A stretch of DNA of 64,000 bases, from positions 43,586,001 to 43,650,000 of the forward strand of contig OZ249438.1 of assembly GCA_965235115.1 (NCBI GenBank), given 5' to 3'. Below, piece by piece: positions 37,421 through 50,393 of the stretch (its first letter is position 1; every line of letters begins with the position of its first letter). The DNA is from Laetmonice hystrix (taxonomy: Eukaryota). The translations under genes and the position numbers were made by a program. Under the pieces are notes generated by a model. That model was not told where the DNA came from, did not search any database, and was given only the letters and a program-made list of their open reading frames with translations.

Positions 37421-38660
37421 TTAAGTATCTTCAATCTGTAGCAGGCTTCATGGCAATGAGGTCGATCCGTTTGAGATCGGAAGGCAGCCCCACCAATTAA
37501 ACGATTGGTACAAAAACGGAGGTAAAGGGCAGGGCACTGACTGACTTTAAGGGGGATGACACTAGGCCGGTGGTGGCAGCTGTCAAAGTGCATCATGGAC
37601 TTGCCGCATAACTCGCGCAATTTATGCCAACTCAGCTTGCTGGGGTTGATTTGAGCTTGGACTTAAATTGACTTGAACTTAGGGTAGAGGTGATGACAGA
37701 ATGAGTCGCCGGGTTAGCTTCCCCGACATTAACTGACGCGCTCTCCTCGTGTATTTGATCAAATCTAGGCAAATCCGACAAGGCAGGAACACAATACAAA
37801 CTACGTTAACGTCCTGTTGTGTTAGACGTGTCTAGACGTTGTAGTGTTGTGTTAGACGTGTCTAGACGTTATAGTTTTGTGTTAGACGTGTCTAGACGTT
37901 GTAGTACCGTTACTTATTTGAAGGGTGTGTCAGTAAAAATAAGAGCTAGCTGTGAGAAAGTATACAACACGCCGGTTTGATTGGTGCATGGCGTGAGAGA
38001 TGGTGTTTCTGATGACACCGCCGAGGGACAGGGGAAACGCGAGGAATGGGGAGGTTTATAACACCTGTGACCTCACAGAATGGTCACAGTAAGGTTGGGT
38101 ATGTATTACTGCATGTTCAGCTTGGCAACAATATTATCACAGATATAGCTTAGTCTGACAAGCTGAAACCTTATGCGAAAAATGGAAAAACTAAATTATA
38201 CTTGTCGTCACGCATCACAAAAGTCAGAGTTGATCGAAAAATGAAATATATAATGATAATCTGTGTGATAGTGTTCTGACCGTTCATATTGGCCTTCTAC
38301 TGGTGTTCTAACCGCCTGTATGATTGTGCTCTGATGTCTGGAGGGTAAAGTCTAGCCTTGCCTGGTTCCCACTAGGCCCTATATCGTACCATTCCCATGT
38401 GACAGTTGGTCCCCAGACATCAGTGAAAGTAGTATGTGAAAAGTAACGGTTATATCAGGCTACGACTGGAACTGCTCGACCAATCAGGGGAGCTGACAGT
38501 TAAACTTTCATTGAGAGGCAATCTCAGTTAACCCCCTTTTGATAGGGTAGTTTTCTGGGGACCTTTCCCATTTATCGTGTTACTGTGAACTAGCATCTCA
38601 TCACCTGTCAACAGGAGTATTTATATACCCATAGACGAGATCTCACCGCCACTGGCTTCA

Positions 38661-38864
38661 GACATTCGTCCCAAGGTAGACATGTATCATCTAGTGGTTT
38701 CTAGTCGTTAAGACATTCGTCCCAAGGTAGACATGTATCGTCTAGTGGTTTCTAGTCGTTAAGACATTCGTCCCAAGGTAGACATGTATCGTCTAGTGGT
38801 TTCTAGTCGTTAAGACATTCGTCCTAAGGTAGACATGTATCGTCTAGTGGTTTCTAGTCGTTAA
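38661..38864. repeat. 51-bp minisatellite, 4 copies (copy 1)
   Basis: Unit gacattcgtcccaaggtagacatgtatc(a/g)tctagtggtttctagtcgttaa. Confidence 0.95.
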
Positions 38865-39027
38865 AATCTCACAATTTGTTTCCATTGCAGAAGTTTTTAT
38901 GGGGGATTGTATAATGATTATCAAATTGTTACTTCTTGCGATACGGGTTTAAATACCACAAGGGCCTATGGCAGATCGTGGCCTTATAGGGTCAGACCCA
39001 AGTTTACAAATCCTGTTCATTGTGTGA

Positions 39028-39588
39028 CCAAACAATTAAATGTCTTGATACAGTAGGATGTTTCTGTGTCTCAGAATGCATTCTTAATATGTGAACAAAC
39101 AATCAAATATCTTGATACAGTAGGATGTTTCTGTGTGTCAGAATGCATTCTTAATATGTGAACAAACAATCAAATATCTTGATACAGTAGGATGTTTCTG
39201 TGTCTCAGAATGCATTCTTATGTGAACAAACAATCAAATATCTTGATACAGTAGGATGTTTCTGTGTCTCAGAATGCATTCTTAATATGTGAACAAACAA
39301 TCAAATATCTTGATACAGTAGGATGTTTCTGTGTCTCAGAATGCATTCTTATGTGAACAAACAATCAAATATCTTGATACAGTAGGATGTTTCTGTGTCT
39401 CAGAATGCATTCTTAATATGTGAACAAACAATCAAATATCTTGATACAGTAGGATGATTCTGTGTCTCAGAATGCATTCTTAATATGTGAACAAACAATC
39501 AAATATCTTGATACAGTAGGATGTTTCTGTGTCTCAGAATGCATTCTTAATATGTGAACAAACAATCAAATATCTTGATACAGTAGGA
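39028..39588. repeat. 64/67-bp minisatellite, ~8.5 copies (copy 1)
   Basis: Unit tgtgaacaaacaatcaaatatcttgatacagtaggatgtttctgtgtctcagaatgcattctta(ata). Confidence 0.95.
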
Positions 39589-40879
39589 TTCTCCCTCTAC
39601 CCGTCGGTCTCTCTGTCGATGTCTCTGTCTCTCTCTGTCTCCCCCGGTCTCTTTCTCCCTTCCTCTCTCCCTGTCTCTCTCTATCTGTGTCTCTCTGCCC
39701 CTCTCTCTCTCATACTATGCTATGACGGGCTGAATCTCGGTTCCTTTTTTGATATCGTACTTAGCCTGGGCCCTGGTGTCAGTCAGGGACTTCATTTTGT
39801 GAAGACCTCGCTGTTAATCTAATCCCCGAGAATCTGTGATAATGTAAGTTATTTCTGTCATTGGCGGCTGTACGAGTACTCCATCTTGATGTATGAGGTC
39901 CGCCAGGCTCTGTGGACTGAGATAGCACAATCTACATAGCGTCATGAGTCGTTCACATACAGGACCGCCATGGGTTGCCAACTGTAGATATCGTTGGTCT
40001 ACTGATTTAGATATCGGGTTGAGAGGCGACCAATGTACACAGAGCGTAAACTAGGACCGTTTACAGATATTCTAATAGCCACTGAAGGAAACCGGTCGAA
40101 ACTATCTGAAGGCGGCTTTAGCAACATCTTCAACTTCAGAGCAGGAGGGCCGTCAATGGAAGTGTTTGCAGGACAAGACCGGAGAGATGTTGGCGGAGGC
40201 TGGCTCTGGTTGGGATATCTGCTGGTATCCGCCACAGGCAGGCGGGTTGGTGGGTGGGCTGCCCCCCTCCGCCCTCACTCAGTAATAGGATCTACATTTA
40301 TCGATGTTTTATGGATATCCAACTAGTGTCCCAGGTCCGAGAACCGTGTGGGTGGACTAGGTGGACTCTTCAACCAATGAGATCGGAAGAAAAAAAAGGA
40401 CATTCATAGGGAACTCTTTGTGGCAGATGTTGCCTCGGAACTGGTGATAAGCAAACTGTTCGGCCTGAGTTTACCCAGGGGAATGAAACAGGAGGGTAAA
40501 AGGTCTGCCTAGGGTACTCGCTGTTTCTATGTCACATTCCTCAGACGCTGCGTCCACTCGGTTTCAATGCAAAGCGCTCAGCAATCTATGTTTTGTTGAC
40601 TTGGAAATTAAGTTAAGGCACGTATATGGGACAAATTGAATGATAAAGGGGGGATCGGCTGGCAGCGTTCGCCTCCTCCCGATGGCTGCCATTTTCTTGG
40701 TCAATGCATTCGATTCATGGATACATTGGGTGAGAAACATCCCGTAATATTCGGAGGATTAGAGGAAGGCGAGCACATTGCCACTCATTGAATCCTGTCA
40801 GTAAATATAGATGCTGCAGAGTTCAGTTATAGAGTTCAGTTATATCCCTAATAATGTAAAAAAGTCCGCATGTGTCTGA

Positions 40880-41447
40880 GCCATCCGATAGACGTTGGGG
40901 TTAGCGCCATGTATCTGAGCATGGCGCCATCTGATAGAGTTTGGGGTTAGCGCCATGTATCTGAGCATGGCGCCATCCGATAGAGTTTGGGGTTAGCGCC
41001 ATGTATCTGAGTATGGCGCCATCTGATAGAGTTTGGGGTTAGCGCCATGTATCTGAGCATGGCGCCATCTGATAGAGTTTGGGGTTAGCGCCATGTATCT
41101 GAGCATGGCGCCATCCGATAGCGTTTGGGGTTTGCGCCATGTATCAGAGCATGGCGCCATCCGATAGAGTTTGGGGTTGGCGCCATGTATCACAGCATGG
41201 CGCCATCCGATAGAGTTTGGGGTTAGCGCCATGTATCACAGCATGGCGCCATCCGATAGAGTTTGGGGTTGGCGCCATGTATGAGTATGACGCCATCCGA
41301 TAGAGTTTGGGGTTAGCGCCATGTATGAGTATGACGCCATCCGATAGAGTTTGGGGTTGGCGCCATGTATCAGAGCATGGCGCCATCCGATAGAGTTTGG
41401 GGTTGGCGCCATGTATCAGCATGGCGCCATCTGATAGAGTTTGGGAG
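40880..41447. repeat. 46-bp minisatellite, ~12 copies (copy 2)
   Basis: Same unit as 33170-33698 with a different variant pattern. Confidence 0.96.
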
Positions 41448-43088
41448 TTGGGGTAAATTCAGCCTTAGTTGAGAGTGCTCTGGCTGCAGCCGTGCCCTGA
41501 CTTGGTACGTTGTCCACCGATTTGTAGGCGATTTACTGTCTCGGTGCAATGCACCGACATATTTCAAGGTTTGTCCAAGTCGCTATGCAGACTACATCAT
41601 GTGTCTACCACGATTTCTAGATCACAAAAATAAAGTGAGGCATGTGGGTCAAATATGCATTAAGGAACTCGACCACCTTGCTGTTTCTGTTGTCAGTATC
41701 AAGCGTTGATGCGGAAAGAGTACAGCCATGGGGGAACTGTTCCGTTTTAAAATCCTGGGTTATAAAAATTAAACACGGTGAATAGGGATAATTTTTATTG
41801 AGAACTTTCAATCAGTTCTGTGTCAGTGCAGCCCGAGATGTGCCTACTGCAGCGTGATTGTGGCTGATTACCGGCGGAGAACCCTCCTGGGATTTGGCAC
41901 GTCGATCGACGGGACACTTGCATCACATTAGATTACACGTTTTGCTCCTCCGTATTGTCAATTAACATTTTGATGATTGATTCCATGTTTACGGCACCGT
42001 GACTACTTCCACTCTATAATGGATCGCTGCTGTTACATGGAGCCGGCACCAAGCTTAAGCAGTTTTAGATTTACTGATGATGGATTAAACCTACCACATC
42101 CACCTTTTAATAGATGAGTGGCGATTAACCAAATGGGCGCACGTATATCTCGAGGAGGGTTGCACTATTAATGCATATTCTGTAACTTGATTTTGAGGCG
42201 AGGAAGATTGTATTCAAAAGGCGTGGGTTTTCTCGGAATTTGTGACGTAAAGTGTTTAGCCCAGTTTGTGATGTGATGGATGAGACTTGAGTTTGAGCCG
42301 TGAGAGAGGGCTGACAGACGCCGAGCCGACAGGTGCGTGTAGGCTGCGTCTGTCAGCGCATTAACCACGGTAAGTAGTGATCTGGCGTCACACACCCCTC
42401 CCCCCTCCGCCAGTCACTAAAACACTTGTCACTAAACACTTAACACTAGCGTCATAACCACACTGGCAAGGTCAGGTCACCTTCAATCACTCTGGGCTTT
42501 CAAACCAAGTACATTTAATGGATGCCAACAGGACACTACTATAATCCCACCCAAAAAACGTATAAAATGTCACAACAAATTTATGAGATTTATAAGGTTC
42601 TTGTCCTTGGAGAGGACGCCTTGGGAGAACCCATGACATTATTGAAGTTTTAACTGGGTTTATAACGCCATGTTCTTACTGCGAGCTGGTATCTTCAATC
42701 TTCAATCTGTAGCAGGCTTCATGGCAATGAGGTAGATCCGTTTGAGATCGGAAGGCAGCCCCACCAATTAAACGATTGTTACAAAAACGGAGGTAAAGGG
42801 CAGGGCACTGACTGACGTTAAGGGGGATGACACGAGGCCGGTGGTGGCAGCTGTCAAAGTGCATCATGGACTTGCCGCATAACTCGCGCAATTTATGCCA
42901 ACTCAGCGTGCTGGGGTTGATTTGAGCTTGGACTTAAATTGACTTGAACTTAGGGTAGAGGTGATGACAGAATGAGTCGCCGGGTTAGCTTCCCCGACAT
43001 TAACTGACGCGCTCTCCTCGTGTATTTGATCAAATCTAGGCAAATCCGACGAAGCAGGAACACAATACAAACTACGTTAAAGTCCTCT

Positions 43089-44409
43089 TGTGTTAGACAT
43101 GTCTAGACGTTGTAGTGTTGTGTTAGACGTGTCTAGACGTTGTAGTGTTGTGTTAGACGTGTCTAGACGTTGTAGTGTTGTGTTAGACGTGTCTAGACGT
43201 TGTAGTGTTGTGTTAGACGTGTCTAGACGTTGTAGTTTTGTGTTAGACGTGTCTAGACGTTGTAACGTTGTGTTAGACGTGTCTAGACGTTGTAGTGTTG
43301 TGTTAGACGTGTCTAGACGTTGTAGTGTTGTGTTAGACGTGTCTAGACGTTGTAGTGTTGTGTTAGACGTGTCTAGACGTTGTAGTGTTGTGTTAGACGT
43401 TGTAGTGTTGTGTTAGACGTGTCTAGACGTTGTAGTGTTGTGTTAGACGTGTCTAGACGTTGTAGTGTTGTGTTAGACGTTGTAGTGTTGTGTTAGACGT
43501 GTCTAGACGTTGTAGTGTTGTGTTAGACGTTGTAGTGTTGTGTTAGACGTGTCTAGACGTTGTAGTGTTGTGTTAGACGTTGTAGTGTTGTGTTAGACGT
43601 GTCTAGACGTTGTAGTGTTGTGTTAGACGTTGTAGCGTTGTGTTAGACGTGTCTAGACGTTGTAGTGTTGTGTTAGACGTGTCTAGACGTTGTAGTGTTG
43701 TGTTAGACGTTGTAGTGTTGTGTTAGACGTGTCTAGACGTTGTAGTGTTGTGTTAGACGTGTCTAGACGTTGTAGTTTTGTGTTAGACGTGTCTAGACGT
43801 TGTAGTGTTGTGTTAGACGTGTCTAGACGTTGTAGTGTTGTGTTAGACGTTGTAGTTTTGTGTTAGACGTGTCTAGACGTTGTAGTGTTGTGTTAGACGT
43901 TGTAGTTTTGTGTTAGACGTGTCTAGACGTTGTAGTGTTGTGTTAGACGTGTCTAGACGTTGTAGTGTTGTGTTAGACGTGTCTAGACGTTGTAGTGTTG
44001 TGTTAGACGTGTCTAGACGTTGTAGTGTTGTGTTAGACGTGTCTAGACGTTGTAGTGTTGTGTTAGACGTGTCTAGACGTTGTAGTGTTGTGTTAGACGT
44101 GTCTAGACGTTGTAGTGTTGTGTTAGACGTGTCTAGACGTTGTAGTGTTGTGTTAGACGTGTCTAGACGTTTTAGTTTTGTGTTAGACGTGTCTATACGT
44201 TGTAGTGTTGTGTTAGACGTATCTAGACGTTGTAGTGTTGTGTTAGACGTGTCTAGACGTTGTAGTTAGACGTGTCTAGACGTTGTAGTGTTGTGTTAGA
44301 CGTGTCTAGACGTTGTAGTGTTGTGTTAGACGTGTCTAGACGTTGTAGTGTTGTGTTAGACGTGTCTAGACGTTGTAGTTTTGTGTTAGACGTGTCTAGA
44401 CGTTGTAGT
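43089..44409. repeat. 30-bp minisatellite (20-bp variants), ~46 copies; only ~3 copies at the paralogous site 37819-37906
   Basis: Unit gtgttgtgttagacgtgtctagacgttgta. Confidence 0.97.
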
Positions 44410-45176
44410 ACCGTTACTTATTTGAAGGGTGTGTCAGTAAAAATAAGAGCTAGCTGTGAGAAAGTATACAACACGCCGGTTTTATTGGTGCATGGCGTGA
44501 GAGATGGTGTTTCTGATGACACCGCCGAGGGATATGGAATGGGGAGGTTTATAACACCTGTGACCTCACAGAATGGCCACAGTAAGGTTGGGTATTTATT
44601 AGTGCATGTTCAGCTTGGCATGTTGGGTATTTATTAGTGCATGTTCAGCTTGGCAACAATATTAACACAGATATAGCTTAGTCTGACAAGCCGAAATGCG
44701 AAAAATGGAAAAACTAAATTATACTTGTCGTCACGCATCGCAAAAGTCAGAGTTGATCGAAAAATGAAATATATAATGATAATCTGTGTGATAGTGTTCT
44801 GACCGTTCATATTGGCCTTCTACTGGTGTTCTAACCGCCTGTATGATTGTGCTCTGATGTCTGGAGGGTAAAGTCTAGCCTTGCCTGGTTCCCACTATAT
44901 CGTACCATTCCCATGTGACAGTTGGTCCCCAGACATCAGTGAAAGTAGTATGTGAAAAGTAACGGTTATATCAGGCTACGACTGGAACCGCTCGACCAAT
45001 CAGAGGATCTGACAGTTAAACTTTCATTGAGAGGCAATCTCAGTTAACCCCCTTTTGATAGGGTAGTTTTCTGGGGACCTTTCCCATTTATCGTGTTACT
45101 GTGAACTAGCATCTCATCACCTGTCAACAGGAGTATTTATATACCCATAGACGAGATCTCACCGCCACTGGCTTCA

Positions 45177-45685
45177 GACATTCGTCCCAAGGTAGACATG
45201 TATCATCTAGTGGTTTCTAGTCGTTAAGACATTCGTCCCAAGGTAGACATGTATCATCTAGTGGTTTCTAGTCGTTAAGACATTCGTCCCAAGGTAGACA
45301 TGTATCATCTAGTGGTTTCTAGTCGTTAAGACATTCGTCCCAAGGTAGACATGTATCGTCTAGTGGTTTCTAGTCGTTAAGACATTCGTCCCAAGGTAGA
45401 CATGTATCGTCTAGTGGTTTCTAGTCGTTAAGACATTCGTCCTAAGGTAGACATGTCTCATCTAGTGGTTTCTAGTCGTTAAGACATTCGTCCCAAGGTA
45501 GACATGTATCATCTAGTGGTTTCTAGTCGTTAAGACATTCGTCCCAAGGTAGACATGTATCATCTAGTGGTTTCTAGTCGTTAAGACATTCGTCCCAAGG
45601 TAGACATGTATCGTCTAGTGGTTTCTAGTCGTTAAGACATTCGTCCTAAGGTAGACATGTATCGTCTAGTGGTTTCTAGTCGTTA
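45177..45685. repeat. 51-bp minisatellite, 10 copies (copy 2)
   Basis: Same unit as 38661-38864. Confidence 0.96.
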
Positions 45686-45842
45686 GAATCTCACAATTTG
45701 TTTCCATTGCAGAAGTTTTTATGGGGGATTGTATAATGATTATCAAATTGTTACTTCTTGCGATACGGGTTTAAATACCACAAGGGCCTATGGCAGATCG
45801 TGGCCTTATAGGGTCAGACCCAAGTTTACAAATCCTGTTCAT

Positions 45843-47081
45843 TGTGTGAACAAACAATCAAATATCTTGATACAGTAGGATGTTTCTGTGTCTCAGAATG
45901 CATTCTTATGTGAACAAACAATCAAATATCTTGATACAGTAGGATGATTCTGTGTCTCAGAATGCATTCTTAATATGTGAACAAACAATCAAATATCTTG
46001 ATACAGTAGGATGTTTCTGTGTCTCAGAATGCATTCTTAATATGTGAACAAACAATCAAATATCTTGATACAGTAGGATGATTCTGTGTCTCAGAATGCA
46101 TTCTTAATATGTGAACAAACAATCAAATATCTTGATACAGTAGGATGATTCTGTGTCTCAGAATGCATTCTTAATATGTGAACAAACAATCAAATATCTT
46201 GATACAGTAGGATGTTTCTGTGTCTCAGAATGCATTCTTAATATGTGAACAAACAATCAAATATCTTGATACAGTAGGATGTTTCTGTGTCTCAGAATGC
46301 ATTCTTATGTGAACAAACAATCAAATATCTTGATACAGTAGGATGTTTCTGTGTCTCAGAATGCATTCTTATGTAAACAAACAATGAAATATCTTGATAC
46401 AGTAGGATGTTTCTGTGTCTCAGAATGCATTCTTAATATGTGAACAAACAATCAAATATCTTGATACAGTAGGATGTTTCTGTGTCTCAGAATGCATTCT
46501 TATGTGAACAAACAGTCAAATATCTTGATACAGTAGGATGTTTCTGTGTCTCAGAATGCATTCTTATGTGAACAAACAATCAAATATCTTGATACAGTAG
46601 GATGTTTCTGTGTCTCAGAATGCATTCTTAATATGTGAACAAACAATCAAATATCTTGATACAGTAGGATGTTTCTGTGTCTCAGAATGCATTCTTATGT
46701 GAACAAATAATCAAATATCTTGATACAGTAGGATGTTTCTGTGTCTCAGAATGCATTCTTATGTGAACAAACAATCAAATATCTTGATACAATAGGATGT
46801 TTCTGTGTCTCAGAATGCATTCTTATGTGAACAAACAATCAAATATCTTGATACAGTAGGATGTTTCTGTGTCTCAGAATGCATTCTTATGTGAACAAAC
46901 AATCAAATATCTTGATACAGTAGGATGTTTCTGTGTCTCAGAATGCATTCTTATGTTAACAAACAATCAAATATCTTGATACAGTAGGATGTTTCTGTGT
47001 CTCAGAATGCATTCTTATGTGAACAAACAATCAAATATCTTGATACAGTAGGATGTTTCTGTGTCTCAGAATGCATTCTTA
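45843..47081. repeat. 64/67-bp minisatellite, ~19 copies (copy 2)
   Basis: Same unit as 39028-39588. Confidence 0.96.
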
Positions 47082-47678
47082 GCAGGTTGAAGATCTAAAG
47101 TGATTGTTTTGGGCGGCACCGTGAAAACTCATTAGTGTTCATCTTTAATCCACATAATACGTAATCCTCTCATATTTTTTATCCCTTCTTTACAAGATTA
47201 TCAAATCTAGCCGCCATAATTTGATGCAATATGAGCGCACTACCGTGCCCAGGCAAGTTAGGTTTGACTCCATTTGATGACAGTGTTTCTCACATTTAAT
47301 GTCCGACTCAGAAATCTTTATATAAACAAGGTCATGTTTACTCTACGTTTACTTGCTCCACGTTGGTGTCGTCTGATTGGTTACATTTGACAGCGGCTCT
47401 GTGTTGCCGTCTTACTAATGAAGTATCACGTTTTCCCGGTTGTAGCTACTATTGTGAACTGTATGGTAATCTGACTGTACTCGTTAACTGGGCGACATGA
47501 CAAGGATGTGCTGTCTCTCCCCGTGCTCATAATGCCAATTTACTGAGATCAGACAGCCATAACACGGCGCCTTGACCTCCCGCCGCCCGCCTCCCGACGG
47601 CCACTCGCCCGCTGTCAGATGGAGATTGGGGGCGCGCCACTGTCTCACGATAGACGCTTGGTGTCCTGCTCACGAGCT

Positions 47679-47692
47679 CCGCTAGAGGGCGT
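47679..47692 (+). promoter_or_regulatory. CTCF-like site ccgctagagggcgt
   Basis: Close match to the CTCF core CCRSYAGRKGGCRS; similar sites at 49125-49138 and 59237-59250. Confidence 0.35.
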
Positions 47693-48285
47693 ACATAGTG
47701 GGCACGGGAAGCTGGAGAGTTAAGGTCAACAGAAGTCAACTCGTTGATGTCTCAGGCGTCAGCTGATCATTGGTTTAACAGGCTGCGTTCAACTTGACGG
47801 ATCCCGAGCGTTACAAAGAGCGTCAATGCCTTTCATGTTGACACGAGTCTCTCAGAAACATAGCGCCAGATCATGTTTTGTGGGCATAACAGAGGAAAAG
47901 AAGAGAGAAAAGGAATTCATTTTTAGCTAAAGGCAGACCGTATTGAAAATATTTCTTTGAGGATAATATTTAGCACAATATACTTAGGCTACAGATCTGA
48001 TTTTCAGATATAAAGTACATTGTACAAATGGAAGGTTACGGTTTAAACATTGGTCTAGTAGACACCCTCATCACTACCTCTCTCTGCCCCCCCCCCCCCC
48101 CCCCCCACTAACGGCAGCAGAGGCGGGGATGTTGTCAGCAACGTGTGGTTGACATGAAGTGTTGACCTGACACACCGCGCCGACATCATCAGAGACAACA
48201 CAACCGGAAGTTGTCACGGAGCGCCACCTAACGTCACGCCAGCCACAGACAAGGAACTTCCGACTGATGGCAGCGGCGCCATGCA

Positions 48286-48643
48286 ATCAGCTCCCTCTGA
48301 CGGTGGACGGTTCAGTCAGCTCCCTCTGACGGTGGACGGTTGAGTCAGCTCCCTCTGACGGTGGACGGTTCAGTCAGCTCCCTCTGACGGCGGACGCTCC
48401 AGTCAGCTCCCTCTGACGGCAGACGGTTCAGTCAGCTCCCTCTGACGGTGGACGGTCCAGTCAGCTCCCTCTGACGGTGGACGGTTCAGTCAGCTCCCTC
48501 TGACGGTGAATGCTCCAGTTAGCTCCCTCTAACGGTGGACGGTTCAGTCAGCTCCCTCTGACGGTGAATGCTCCAGTCAACTCCCTCTGACGGTGGACAC
48601 TCCAGTCAGCTCCCTCTGACGGTGGACGCTCCAGTCAGCTCCA
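48286..48643. repeat. 29-bp minisatellite, ~12 copies
   Basis: Unit tcagctccctctgacggtggacggttcag. Confidence 0.95.
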
Positions 48644-48930
48644 GTATGACGGTGAACGACTGAGGTGGGCCAGAAGTTGGGACTGAGGTGGGCGTAATGA
48701 CCTGAGAAGCAGGGAAGGCAGATTCTCTAGGTGAATGAATATTGTTTTCATTCAGGGTGAGCATGAAGTTACTATTTCTCCGAAAACCCATCACGGTTTT
48801 TATCGAAGTGTAGCACCCTAGGTTCGGTTACATTACCATAGCAACGACCCACGTACCCAATCAGCACTGAGGAGAAGAGTTCACTGGGAACATTTCATGG
48901 GAATGTTACGATGTTAAATATTGCACGTGT

Positions 48931-48933
<3 letters not shown>

Positions 48934-48961
<28 letters not shown>

Positions 48962-48962
48962 C
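48934..48962. repeat. (CA)n microsatellite
   Basis: Direct reading. Confidence 0.95.
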
Positions 48963-49385
48963 AAAACGTTGACCTCTGACCTGGCAGTCAGCGGTGTACT
49001 GTCACTGCTCTGATTGGTTTCACAGTAGCGTTACAAACGATCTCCTCCCTATCTACCTGTCTGGGTCCGTCAGTGGCTGGAGGGGCTGCCAGGCGGCAAG
49101 CCCACCAATCAGACGGCCAGGTTACCGACAGAGGGCGCTGAGGGCGGCACGAGCGGTGGTTAACTGGTTGCCCTGCAGTCCTTCATCCAGATTGGCCATG
49201 TCAGCGCTCACTCGTGTCAGCAGCCACCGCTGCATGGAGCCACTGCGGCCGGCGCGGGCATGCGCATTGATTGGGGCGACGTCCTGATTGATTCCGTGAG
49301 AGCACACAAAAATTACATCACTACATCTGAGGTGTAAAGTAGCACCCTGTCTCCTCCATCCGAGCTACACACCAACTCCGCCTAC

Positions 49386-49505
49386 CTTAACATCACTGCC
49401 ATTGACTGAGCAAGACATGCAATTGTCGGTCAGATGTGGAGTTCCATTGAGTGAACGAGTCGGGGTCACAGGCTGACCGGATCCACACAGCATGGCAGTG
49501 ATTAG
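49386..49505 (-). CDS. Candidate 120-nt phase 0-0 exon (LITAMLCGSGQPVTPTRSLNG...GSDVK)
   Basis: Acceptor gttttcacag, donor AAG|gtaggc, open frame. No homology recognised. Confidence 0.2.
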
Positions 49506-50063
49506 CTGTGAAAACTTCCTCTCATACCTTCTCTTATGGAAACATCGTACAAAAAATTGGATAACTAATGGACAATTTCTATTGAATTGCCTTTCATTTG
49601 GAACAGCTCAAAAGTGTTTTGCTTGTATACACAATATTGACTTTTTTTCTTTTTGTTCCTAGTTTGTCATTTTCTTTAATTAATGTATTTATTTATTTAT
49701 TCAAAACAAGTTTTGATAAACTCAAGTTGCTATAAACTCCACAGATTAGTATCCCATTCCTGTTAAAGATGAATGTGTCCATTGTGAGCAGAATCTGCTA
49801 GAGCTCAATGTTAGGTTTAGAAACAGACGTGGATGTCATGACGATTGTCGACAGGTACTTGAGGAGGAGGAGTACAGTGGTATCAGAGGGGTGTAGGGTT
49901 ACTCTGCAAACACAGGGGGCCCTGATTACAACTGGCAGAGATTACAACATGTTAACTCGGGTAGAAGGGATTTCCATAATGAAAGCGACACCTGTGGGAC
50001 AGTGAGGTCTAGCGCAGCATCCCTTGACTGTTGGCACATGGATCACCCACAGCTGTGCACAGA

Positions 50064-50393
50064 TTGTGTTCTCATCAGTCGGTCTTTATTCGCACAATTT
50101 CCTTGTGTTCTCATCAGTCGGTCTTTATTCGCACCATTTCCTTGTGTTCTCATCAGTCGGTCTTTATTCGCACCATTTCCTTGTGTTCTCATCAGTCGGT
50201 CTTTATTCGCACCATTTCCTTGTGTTCTCATCAGTCGGTCTTTATTCGCACCATTTCCTTGTGTTCTCATCAGTCGGTCTTTATTCGCACAGTCGGTCTT
50301 TATTCGCACCATTTCCTTGTGTTCTCATCAGTCGGTCTTTATTCGCACCATTTCCTTGTGTTCTCATCAGTCGGTCTTTATTCGCACCATTTC
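50064..50393. repeat. 39-bp minisatellite, ~8 copies
   Basis: Unit ttgtgttctcatcagtcggtctttattcgcaccatttcc. Confidence 0.96.

Larger units (their letters stand above)
31867..39588. other. Tandem duplication, copy 1 (~7.7 kb)
   Basis: Collinear with 39589-47081 in all unique segments, e.g. paired ORFs 32294/39999, 32328/40033, 34300/41617, 37396/42676. Confidence 0.95.
39589..47081. other. Tandem duplication, copy 2 (~7.5 kb)
   Basis: Begins at ttctccctctacccgtc (same as 31867) directly out of a 67-bp satellite unit and ends in the same satellite. Differs from copy 1 by scattered substitutions and indels. Confidence 0.95.
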
